From Bigelowiella natans CCMP2755 (taxonomy: Eukaryota; Protista; Cercozoa), in assembly GCA_000320545.1 (NCBI GenBank), contig ADNK01000283.1, positions 1-64,000 of the forward strand: a stretch of DNA of 64,000 bases, read 5' to 3'. Each line of letters begins with the position of its first letter. Position 1 is the first letter of the stretch. The position numbers and the translations under genes were made by a program. A model generated the notes under the pieces. The model searched no databases, was not told where the DNA came from, and saw only the letters and a list, made by a program, of their open reading frames with translations. Below, in pieces: positions 12,956 to 23,272 of the stretch.

Positions 12956-14111
12956 TGTGCGGGTATCCATTCCGTCCTCCTTCTCCTACCTGCAGGGTCC
13001 CAGTTGCTGAAATCATCCTTGATATAAAAAGCAAATTCTCCAAGCTGATCCCAAACGTCTTTGTTTATCTTCGGCTTTGTCTCCTAAAACCCAAAGTCAG
13101 CAGCAGTTAACCGGCGAGCCAACGATATTCGGGTTCGTGGTGTCTGTTCTCTATTGTTTACCTGCTTCAGAAATTCTATCCATTTATCCAAAAAAGCAAA
13201 CTTTCCCTTCAATATGACAGGCCAAACCTCTATGGCGATGTCAAAGTCTACTCATAATTAGCCAAAGATTAGGTTTCCTATGAGAGTTGGAAGGTAAAAC
13301 AATTCACCACCACCACCACACCTATAGTCTTTCTTTTCGATTCCTCCTTCAGGTACTCGAACATCCAGAAGTAAAAGTCTTTGAAACCACGTTCCGTGTC
13401 GAGATCTTTCATGACGTTAGATTTGACCCACGACTTCAATGTGGCCATTGAATCCACTCTGTAAAAGAAAATTGGTGTCTGAGGAACAAATTCCATGCAA
13501 AACTGGGTAACTTTATTGATTCGGACCCTTCTTCAGATAAAGTCGTGACGAATTCCTTCTCCTCTATCTTGCCCATCTCTTGAGCCTTCAGTTTCCATGG
13601 AATTGCGAAAGAGCCCACTTCATCTTCTGGGACCTCAATATCACCCAAGAAGTCGCCGTACTTTTCCTGCATTACGTTCGGATCGTCTTCGTCTGAAAGC
13701 ACGAAGGACCGAAGAGATTCACAATAAATGATGCGTTTGAAATTTATACGACGGTATGAGAATGGATGCTTCAACCATACCGACGTATTTTTTGAAGATT
13801 TTCTTGAGTTCATTGACGTCCCCTCGCTTCTTTTTTGTCGAGAAGGAGGATTGGTGATTGAAGAAATAGTTTACGGCTCGTTGAACATCGTCTCCGTTTC
13901 TAGCCAGCAACTCTTCTGCAGCCTTTCGGCTAAAAAATGATTGAAAGAAAGTGAGAACACACTCGGAGTAATGATTCATGTCCTTGAGCTATATGACCCC
14001 GCCGAGAAAATTGCAAGGCAAAATCGTTTCTTCATGCTTCGTGTTTTACCTTACGCCAGTAAGGCTCTGAAGTTGTTTGGCCAGGTTGCGGCGTTTCGTG
14101 CGGGAGGACAT
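12795..14111 (-). CDS. DCN1: DCN1-like protein (defective in cullin neddylation; UBA-like plus PONY domain)
   Basis: MSSRTKRRNLAKQLQSLTG / KAAEELLARNGDDVQRAVNYFF (UBA-like) / AIPWKLKAQEMGKIEEKEF / FKDFYFWMFEY / DIAIEVWPVIL...FLDKWIEFLK / INKDVWDQLGEF...DFSNWDPA / GAWPVLIDSFAEW*. Confidence 0.93.
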
Positions 14112-14566
14112 CGTTTTGGGTGTGTAGTGCTGTGGCTTTTTCTTTCCCTCTCTCTCTCCACTCTATGGTGATGATTAAAGTGCTGCTCTGCTGTCTGTGT
14201 GCGGGCAATCGTGCTTTTACCGAACTGATCAGCAGAATCGATGTCGTAACTACAAAACGCCATTGTTCTATTCAAGAATTCCCAAGATTCCCCCAGCAGC
14301 TGCCGAAAAATGTTGTTCTTGTTGTCGAGTTCTTTTCCAGATAACAAGGTGCAAACATGCACTCTTTTTTCTCGGTCCTAGGCAGTTGAGCAGGTTTCGG
14401 GTCTGCCAAATATTGTTGTTTTTGTTGCTTTCAATGCATTTTCTAGAAAATATTCTTGGGGAATAAATGGCTCTAACCCAGAATTTGTGATTCGCCCTTT
14501 GCCGGTCTCCCTCCCCCCACTAGAGAACAGCCTAAAGTCTAGGGGCTGCTCGAAACAGGGCATAGC

Positions 14567-15999
14567 ATGGTGAGAATCAAAGATGATCTAACCTTATTTT
14601 GCTACCCTAATATATTGTCATTGTAACACAATTTTCCAGAGTAATGCGCAGTATGTGAATCATCTAATGGAAGTCGTAGTTGCAAAGCTATGTGTAGACT
14701 TGGGCTTTGATGGCACATGCAAAAGCACTTTGGAGACATTGGTGGACATAGGCAGGAGATGTATGTCTCAATAAATTTACTGTATTAAAATTGTCTTCTG
14801 TTCTCGCTCTATTACTCCCGCACATTGCCATTACATTAATAAGATGATTTCAAATCATTGTGGTATTCTGTACAGATATCGAAGAAATAGGGGAAATCAC
14901 AGCAAACAGTGCGGAATTATCAAGTAATGATATGTACAATATCTCTACATAGCATTTGATGCAGCTGTGCCGTGAAAGTACGTGTCGTCCGACTAAAGTG
15001 AAATTGTGAATATAGAGAGGACAAGGCCAAACGTTTTTGATCTTGCACAAGGGTTCGACAGTATGAAAGTTGACGGGAACCTCCTACAGAAATTTCTGAC
15101 ACAAACACGGGATCTTACTTTCCCGCAACGTACGTGATAGTATCTAACGTCCTTCATGATTGTCTTCGTCATTTTATATATTTGCGTACTATTGTTCTCA
15201 GCGGTGATCGAGCCACGACCGCGGCACATAATACTCTGTCAGCCACTCCTTCCTATAGATCATGCTAAGGAGTCACACAGTAGCAGTTGAGTCGCACCTG
15301 TCTTCCGTATGAATTTCAAATTGTAATGACCCTTCTATTCGCAGAGGCAGACAATGGGAACGATGCTAAAGATGAGAAAGAAGGAGAAACTCAGGATGGG
15401 GAAGGGGACGACGAAGAACACCCTAAAACAGATAAGAAGGAAAAAAATCGCAGTGACCCAAAAGCCGCCGTTCCACAGTTTTTACCAAGATTCCCGGATG
15501 AACACACATATAAGCACTCGCCGGTGTGAAAATTGGCTAAATCACCATGAGTGTCCTGCCTATAGACGATCTCACGTTTAATAACGAAGACTTGTGTTAC
15601 TTTTTGTAAGGATTATCCCCAGCGACGAACTGGACGTGAGGTGAAGCAGGATAAGGTTACGCAGAACAGCCAGGTAAATTGAAAAATCAAAATCAATTTA
15701 AATCGATTGCTCCTAAGCAGAGCATCGGACGTTTTCATCTGTATTGTAGATTTATCGTTTGGTTAAATTTGGAACAAAATTTAGGTGGAGAAGTCGTTAA
15801 CAAATCTGCAACCTGGATTAGACACCGGCAACGTTGATCGAAATTTCTTGGAACCAGCAGGTAATTTATCTACCACCATCAAAATATGTGCCTTTTATGT
15901 TTCACATTTATGAACTTTATTGGATATACACATGTAACATCAAAAGCGGCAAGCGCGCGAGCGTCTGGATCCAGTAAGCATTGGGGATCCGTTGGATAG
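14567..15999 (+). CDS. TAF8: TFIID subunit 8 (histone-fold/bromodomain-associated plus TAF8 C-terminal motif)
   Basis: VVAKLCVDLGFDGTCKSTLETLVDIGRRYIEEIGEITANSAEL..RTKPNVFDLAQGF, followed by VPQFLPRFPDEHTYKHSP and VEKSLTNL. The first exon is the ATG alone; the last exon is approximate. Confidence 0.85.
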
Positions 16000-16009
16000 T
16001 GTCAGAGGC

Positions 16010-16910
16010 ATTCACGCATGCGAAGTTGCATGATCAGGCATCAAGGGATACTTAACTCCATTGCATCTTGCATCGCACCGGGAATGCTGGTGGCGAGAAA
16101 ATTGATGGTTTGGTGGGCAATGCAGGGCTTGAATGTACAGATGTGCGATGTCCCATCATCAGTATTACATCGCTACTTGCTAATATACTAGTATACATGA
16201 ATATGCTTAATGCGTGTATGCATAATGATGCACAAATAACAAGCAAATGCACGTACACATATGTGTGCATTGCCAAATGTGGTGGATTGCATGGCCAGAT
16301 CGAATCAAACGATGCAAATGTGACATGCTAGAAGGTCACGGTTGTCTTTCGCGCAGCATCTATATTCATCATGGTGAGACGGATGTAATATATGAAAAAA
16401 TAAAATATTCGTGCAAGTTCAATGGTCACCCTGATGTAGCTGTGCAAAGCAGCGGCTATCTAGCTATGGTAAGACGAATGTAATGAGTTTATATAAGTTG
16501 TCAATTAATTTTGTTCAATGGTATAATGGTCATCCTCATGTAGCTATGCAATGGTGGAGCTCGCTAAATCAAGCGGTGTTTTGCTGTATGCATGATGCAT
16601 GTTGTCAATGTGCCGCACACACTCACATCTAGACATGTGAGACATACACGTGAAATGGATAGATACAGCACTAGAACATATAAGCATGTAGCCACAGCAT
16701 TGCACAGGCACATAATGATGACAGCTGGAAGCGATACCATCACCTCATTACATCCGTCTTATACACGTGTACACATCTTGCACATACGGCAGCCTAGCGC
16801 TTGCTAACTTGGCAGCACTAGAGCACTGCATGCTCGCTGACATCCACAGTATACATGTACAGCAAGCGTAAATAACAAGTATTAATAGATGCATTGCTGA
16901 ATGGACTAGA
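16010..16910. repeat. CTAG/CATG/TGCA-rich degenerate intergenic block (repeat relic)
   Basis: Contains two copies of the motif shared with the 12 kb block. Confidence 0.7.
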
Positions 16911-16967
16911 TTGCGGTTCACATCTTAAACGATTCCTTTTAACGCTACGAACTAAAACCTGATATAC

Positions 16968-18101
16968 CTACCTATTTTCTGTAGGAGGAGTACTAGCTGC
17001 AGTTGCTACCAAAGGACCTCCCGGACGTCGCAGACAACGGTAAACCGCCTTTTCTGTTCCACAACCACCTTTCTTGGCGCGGATGCAAACTTGGCATCTT
17101 TTGGTCTTTTTAGGAAGTGGCCTTCGTTTAGCTGGCGGCCTCTTGGATTCATATTTTTCTTCATCTGAAAAGTCGGGGAAGTCATCGACTCGTTGCCTTT
17201 TATTTGGATCTCCACTCGAGGAATCTCGTGATCTCTTTGTTGCTTCCTTTCGATCTTCATCCAGTGCCATGCTCATCTTGTAGGCATTTTCGACAGAGGC
17301 GGATAAGGATGACTGGTCATTCGGTTTATTGTTCATTGGGTATCTGTTTCTGTCACTCGCGGCATCGGCATACGATGCCTTTTGCCAGAAAACTAGGGCG
17401 GCAGCAAGCATCGCCTTTATACAATTGTCAGAAGCGACTTTAGTTGCATCAACATGCGTATCTTCATTAGGGCATGCCTCAAGAGTCGGATCTGCGCCGT
17501 GCATAAGCAGGTATCTCACAATCTGACGATGTCCGGCCCTAGAGGCAGATATCAAGGCCGTGTCCGCATTCCACTGCCAAACCTTATCATAGGTTCCCCA
17601 TTTATCCTGAACCTCTTCCCACCTTTTAGACTGGTTTATGCATCGCGCGATTTCGTTATCAGTGTTTCTAGGGTCTCGAATTGCATCCTCTACTATCTTC
17701 CGCACACAATCAATGTTTCCGTCTCGGGAAGCTTCAACGATCTCCGGGTCCCCTCTTCCAGTGCGATAAACTCCGTTTTGGTAATATCTAGTAAAGAATG
17801 GGAAAAGGAATTTTCTATGAGTACGACAGTCCAAATAATGTGGTGGGAAAAAGACATGAGAAGGGAAACCGCAACGGAACCTTCCTTTGGGCATCCTTCG
17901 AAGAGACGGCTTATGATCGTTCCCAATGAATTCGATTTCGTAGTGACGACGGGGTTGGAAGATGCTGCAAAGCGCTTTCCAAATGAGACGGTGAGATGCG
18001 GTGAGCTCCACCCCCCTCCCGCTATCCCAAAAATCCAGATTCCCGTCAAGAGTGTGCTCGAAGGCGCTAAACAATGAAAAATCCCCTGCATTTGATGCCA
18101 T
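16968..18101 (-). CDS. Intronless ankyrin-repeat protein with a C-terminal basic, Cys-rich tail
   Basis: Uninterrupted ORF (open to 18218; likely start MASNAG at 18101). Ankyrin motifs EASRDGNIDCVRKIV and DTALISASRAGHRQIVRYLLMHGADP. Tail KRRPLPKKTKRCQVCIRAKKGGCGTEKAVYRC. Confidence 0.8.
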   Translation of the reverse strand: MASNAGDFSLFSAFEHTLDGNLDFWDSGRGVELTASHRLIWKALCSIFQPRRHYEIEFIGNDHKPSLRRMPKGRFRCGFPSHVFFPPHYLDCRTHRKFLFPFFTRYYQNGVYRTGRGDPEIVEASRDGNIDCVRKIVEDAIRDPRNTDNEIARCINQSKRWEEVQDKWGTYDKVWQWNADTALISASRAGHRQIVRYLLMHGADPTLEACPNEDTHVDATKVASDNCIKAMLAAALVFWQKASYADAASDRNRYPMNNKPNDQSSLSASVENAYKMSMALDEDRKEATKRSRDSSSGDPNKRQRVDDFPDFSDEEKYESKRPPAKRRPLPKKTKRCQVCIRAKKGGCGTEKAVYRCLRRPGGPLVATAASTPPTENR

Positions 18102-18253
18102 TTTAGTTCCCTCAAGCTGCGACTGGAACAATCCCCGGTTCGAGGTGACCCTAAGGGGATCCCTGGTGTTCTCGGTTATTGCCGTCGTAGATCTAGCAAT
18201 GCTCGAGTACATGTACATGTATCATGAAAAACCAGCAGCACGTTTTCCGTACA

Positions 18254-18337
18254 TGGGCGTCCAAAATTGACTAGATGTTCCGAGCATTTTGTGAAGAGCG
18301 ACAAGGATTTCGAGCTATTTCCTTCTCTCATTCTATT
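18254..18337 (+). repeat. Dispersed ~85-bp element, copy 1
   Basis: Aligns to 62699-62784 with 7 substitutions and 1 gap. Confidence 0.95.
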
Positions 18338-18649
18338 CCCCGCAGCATCCCTCCTCACATCCCAAACACTCAGATTTCGATTTGGTGCTCCTCTCATTCC
18401 ATGGCCCACTCTGGAGTGTGGTTCAATGACCCTCATCCACCGACTAGAATTTTGGAAGGAAACCAAACGATTGACACTAACACCGGCCTACGCTCCAGTG
18501 GACGCAACAAAATCGGGAATGAACTTTTATCTTCGATTGTGAAGCAAAATTCAGACTTCAAAAATTCGGATGCGTCCCCAAACACTTCCGATGTTCTCAT
18601 CTTTCGTTCAGAAAGAATCTCTTTCAGAAATCAATACTCCGATTTCTCA

Positions 18650-19171
18650 ATGTCATCTATGCCGCCACCAACTGAAGACTATCTCGTGACAAAACAGACT
18701 GGCAAGGATTCGCCACCCTTGGGTGATGCTTGGTCACCAAGCGATACTGTAGCTCCGGGCTTGGTGCCAAAAGACATTCAGGAGGATAACATTTCAGAGA
18801 AAGGAAAATTGGAGAATGATTTCAAAGGATTAAACATAAAATCTTCGAGAAATGATGGTCCAGTCTCAAATGGAAAACCCAAACTAAATTTGAAGAAATT
18901 GAATGAAGTTAAAAAGCAAAAATCGGAAATGTCGGGGTGCATAGACGAAATCATAAATCATCTAAATGAAACAGTGAAGCTGAAGTTCAATGAAGTGATC
19001 AGTGATCAAAGTGAGCAAGGACAATGTCCACACTGTGGAGAGTCACTCAGAGCCAAGGAAAACAAAGACTTTAGCCGCATATGGACGAGGCATGTCCTCA
19101 ATTCCTGTGATGAGTTTAAGGCCACACGACACGGCAAAGCGTTGGAGGAATGCGTTCAACTTTTCACATGA
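18650..19171 (+). CDS. Intronless small protein with a C-terminal C2HC-type zinc finger
   Basis: ORF open from 18275; likely ATG at 18650 (MSSMPPP). It has a charged helical middle, then CPHCGESL...WTRHVLNSC. Confidence 0.6.
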   Translation: MSSMPPPTEDYLVTKQTGKDSPPLGDAWSPSDTVAPGLVPKDIQEDNISEKGKLENDFKGLNIKSSRNDGPVSNGKPKLNLKKLNEVKKQKSEMSGCIDEIINHLNETVKLKFNEVISDQSEQGQCPHCGESLRAKENKDFSRIWTRHVLNSCDEFKATRHGKALEECVQLFT

Positions 19172-19259
19172 AACACCATTGATTGTGTTTCAATTCACAG
19201 CACAAAATGCATCTATGAAAATTTTTGATCGGCTCCAACTACAACTGTTTAGAACAACA

Positions 19260-20230
19260 TGATCGCCACGAAGGCAGAACAATACACGTCTTGACAGTGT
19301 GTGTATAGCTGTGATGTAGAGACTTTATGTCTATATAGCGTACACACGTGCGAACATGTGTAGTTCTATGTTCTTCGCTACATGTGGCACATTTATGCGG
19401 ATATACAAACATGTGTAGCTTAGTACACATGTTTTTGAGCACATGTGTGTTAGAGTGACATGTGTGCCGAAAACCCGGTACGCCACAGAGACTTTATGTC
19501 TATATAGTGATCCAGCAGCACGCATGCTAGCATGCACGCACTGCATTGCGGTGCAGATCTCTGAGGTATAGACGTGCAGCATGGGTTTGCTTGCAGTCAC
19601 GTGCACGTGAAACGTTCAGTGCAGTGCACTAGGCTAGCTAGCTAGTAGGCGTTGCACGCGTCCATTGCACGCTGCGTAGATGCAAAACCAAATGCAGGCG
19701 CGCGCACCTGTACATTGTTGCATCAATAAATAACACAGCTAGACAGCACTAGTGCAGGCTAGCAGCTAGGCCAACAGATGCACCATGATGCTGTGCTAGT
19801 GTGCATCTAGATGTGTTGCATGGAGGGCTAATCACTAGAGGGAGACACTTTTCCAGGCTCATGCAAGTCATCTAGCTAGCTAGACATTCGATCTGCAAAA
19901 TTGTTCGACATCATGCACTAATAATGAGCCTTGTGCGCGCACAGTTTTCCATGCAACGTGTAGACATCGCATTGCGTGACGTTTCAAGTGTGGCATTGCA
20001 CTGTGATGACCACCTTTAAATGAGCTACAAATGCTCTTAACCTAAAATGCAGGCTACTTTTTAAAGTGAAGTCGTGGAATGCAATGGAGCGCGCGGCTAC
20101 ACTCACATGGCATGCGCACGTGGAAGTAGAGGCGTTGGACTAATTGACGATCCATGACAACGTGAACACTCGATTCTGTTGAGGTTCGAAGTGTGATTTA
20201 ACTACGAGACACTAGCCTCTGCAGTTGCTC
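19260..20230. other. CTAG/CATG/TGCA-rich intergenic block
   Basis: For example ctaggctagctagctagtagg, plus many tgca/catg words. Lies between convergent 3' ends. Confidence 0.7.
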
Positions 20231-20267
20231 TGATGAAACTCTGACCTGTTTTATTGCAATTTTATTT

Positions 20268-20669
20268 TTATAATTTATCCCATCCCTGGCCCTCTGAACA
20301 ACATGTGCATCCAAGCGCCATGAGGCTTTAGTTCGCGCTGGATTTCAGCAACGCTAAAAGTTCCTTCCCCGAAAAACTTGGTTCCAGTCTTCGCCTTAGC
20401 CTCCTCATCCTACGGGGAAAATGCACGTATTCATCTTCGATAACTTGAAAATCCCTTTTCCTTATTCAAAACTATTTCACAAAGGCCATTCAAGTAGGCA
20501 CCTTTTTCGGTGGAGCTGCACCGGGGATGGTTCCCCCTGTAAGCATGATGCATCCCATGGCGATCGTGTACGATGGAAGTATTACGAAGTACGTTTGGTT
20601 TCCGAGCACCACAGGCGTGTAAAATTCAGCTCAACCATGGATTCCAAGCCAAGAATTGTAATACATCCT
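20268..20669 (-). CDS. Small spliced hypothetical protein (~70 aa), absent from the ORF track
   Basis: Three GT-AG exons join in phase: (R)MYYNSWLGIHG|GTIPGAAPPKK|DEEAKAKTGTKFFGEGTFSVAEIQRELKPHGAWMHMLFRGPGMDKL*. AATAAA follows the stop directly. Further 5' exons are possible. Confidence 0.6.
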
Positions 20670-21061
20670 CTATTTCCCTGCATTTAGGTGATGTATTACA
20701 TCAACTTTAAATTTTTGAGGGAAAAAGACGCTATTGCTGTACATTGCAATGGTGTTCATATCATTACATGTAAATTCAGCCCTCCAATGGTATTCCGCTT
20801 ACATGCATGTACCCTATTTGGTCACATCAAGGTGATTTCACCGGCAACGCGCCACAGCTGAAAGCCGAAAATGATTGTCGTTCTTTCGTAAAAACACTGA
20901 TTAATTTTTCGGGATAAAAGGAAAAGGAGATTCAAGATTTATTCCTTCTGTACCGGGATTCCGGTTTTTTCCCTGTTTCGAAGCCACCTCCTCAGTAAGC
21001 CGACGTGCAAGCGACGAGACGACTCCGGTACGGCTACGACCATCTCTAACCTCAGACAAAG

Positions 21062-22406
21062 ATGCAGACCCGCTCACGCCCCTCGATCTGCCCAAGATGC
21101 TCAAGCGCGTTTCCTCTGTTAGTTGCGGTGAGTTTGTTCGGAATAGCGAAACTCTCCTCAACGTCACCGAAGAGGAATCTTCTGCAACCTGTTAAGAGCG
21201 CGAGGTTTGGGGTGCGTGCTGAGGCATCTTGCGGTAGATCCAGACAACATTTCAAAGTCCTTAGATTTCGTAAAATGAATATTTATACGCCTTATTAGGA
21301 AAAGCAAGGCCGTTGAAGAGGCGCCAATTGGGAAGGGGTACTTCTGCAATGTTTCTCGCAGGTATGTGCCCAATTTAATCGATAAAAGTCTCATCGTATG
21401 ACAGAATTCCAATCATAACCTGGACAACTTGATGAAGCTAGTACTTCTGCAACCATATATTATTTAGGACTCTCAAGGGGCATTTTACCGAAAGATGTAG
21501 CGGCCTTAGACTTCTCATTGCCTTCTGGCGGCTCTGGTAAGGGTTCAGATGCTCTGCCTGGAAAAATTCGTGGGAAAGATAATACTTGGGAAATTACCAT
21601 TCCAGGAAAATTCGAACGAGAAGGTAGCCTTGCATCCCCCCAAAGCCATCCTTAGTTGTCAACAATAATATATGAAACCTTAATACAGGAGAGAGCCTAT
21701 TGAACAAGTTCGCAGGCAATCACGTGGAACAACACAAGTAATCTTTGGATTTTGAATGAATGCTACTCTGGATATCTCAACTTTTCTCTCTTTGTAGATA
21801 CATTAGCACCGAAAAGCCCAAATATGAAGTGCTGGTGACGGAGGATTCTTTCCCTGAGGGATTCAAGTAGAAAACTAATTCCGATCCTTTCCATTCTATC
21901 AAATAAATTTGAAACGTGTTCATAGAATTCCAAGTTTAGAAGATTTGGCAGAAAGAACTGTGGACAATGAGAAGGCAAGGACTCTTTTGAGAGCTTCTGT
22001 GACACGTCGTCCTAATCTTTGTTTTGCTATAGGGAAAAACCTACGTTGATGACGTCGAATTGCTAGGGTTAGATTCTGCAACAAGGAATGGAGTAGAATA
22101 TCGGGATATTCGGTATCTCAAATATAATAGAACTGAAGCCATACAGACTGAATCATTTTTATGATATCATTTAAAGCTATATGGTGACAACCCCAAGAGA
22201 TGAAGACCGCTTCTTCGGTATTTCGGCCACAAAGAATGGGAGACTTTATTCTCTCCAGGTGCCCAACATTCTAACGATTACAATTATTTTCCTGTCCATC
22301 ATAATTTCAGTCATATACAAATACTTAGATTCGAGTTCGCAATCGGGATTACGAAAGGTTCTCATCTACGATCGATGAGATAATTTCAAGTTTCAAGATC
22401 ATGTAA
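21062..22406 (+). CDS. PsbP-domain thylakoid lumen protein with a tripartite targeting leader
   Basis: Hydrophobic signal LLVAVSLFGIA, a Ser/Arg-rich transit region, and a twin-Arg motif LKRRQLGRGTSAMFLAGLSRGILPKDVAA. The PsbP-like body reads WEITIPGKF...GVEYRDIRY...ATKNGRLYSLQIRV...TIDEIISSFKIM*. Confidence 0.8.
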
Positions 22407-23272
22407 TGCCGCAAGCATGGAGCTATTCGATGGATTTACATCGAAGGTTCTGCTATTAGCTTGCTTAGACACTTCCAGGGTTCTTCCTCACAATTTCGAT
22501 ACAGTGGGCCCCAAAAAAAGTAATTATGAACATGGTACGAACATACCAGCTGTGATGCATGCACGATCGTGTGTACACCAATTTATATCGTGTTACAATT
22601 GTGTTGACATGCATGCGTGTGGTACCCATGCAGTAGCAAATTACTAAGAAAATGCATACACCTGTGATGTGTGCACGCACATGCTGCATCCGCTGCGTTA
22701 TAACGTTGTCATATGAAAGCTGTAATGTAGCGCTGAGCATTCACAATACAAAGACACAAAGATGTCCATAGACATCTGTGTCTTTCTGAGCGTATGTGAA
22801 AGCTTGCCTATGGAGTCAACCTTTTTCACTGCGCACGCACTGCTAGACTGCGGCTAGTGATTGTATAAATCACGTCAAGATGTTCATATGTCGTTGCCTG
22901 GTAGCACTATAGTACACCGAAAAATCATCGTCCTTTGCTCATTTGCAGAGCAACAATAAAAATTTCAACAAGCGAGTCAGTCACATGCAAGTAAATTATG
23001 GGCCCATCATGATAGTCAACGATGCGATGTCAGATGCGACCGTACACACACAAAGAAAGGGTGTTAAGGAACGTACGATGGTGGGTGCTCAACCTGCGTC
23101 ACAGCATATCAATACGACAAAGCAAGATGAGCAATAAGATGTGGCGATCAGGACCAGCATGCCATATGTATAGCTGCATCATATTCTGTCTGGGACGCGT
23201 TGACATCCAGCTTTACATGTGTCTAGATTTTCGTTAGCCCGCATTCCACTACCATGATGATAAAAAGCCATT

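Noticed and set aside
20480-20720. Possible decayed PIF/Harbinger transposase (RMYYNSWLGIHG resembles the YYNGW motif)
   Set aside because: The segment splices cleanly into a small intact gene. No DDE residues or terminal inverted repeats are seen.
22753-22782. Imperfect hairpin gacacaaagatgtc-cata-gacatctgtgtc as a Helitron 3' end
   Set aside because: No CTRR at the expected distance and no second copy. Palindromes are common in these blocks.
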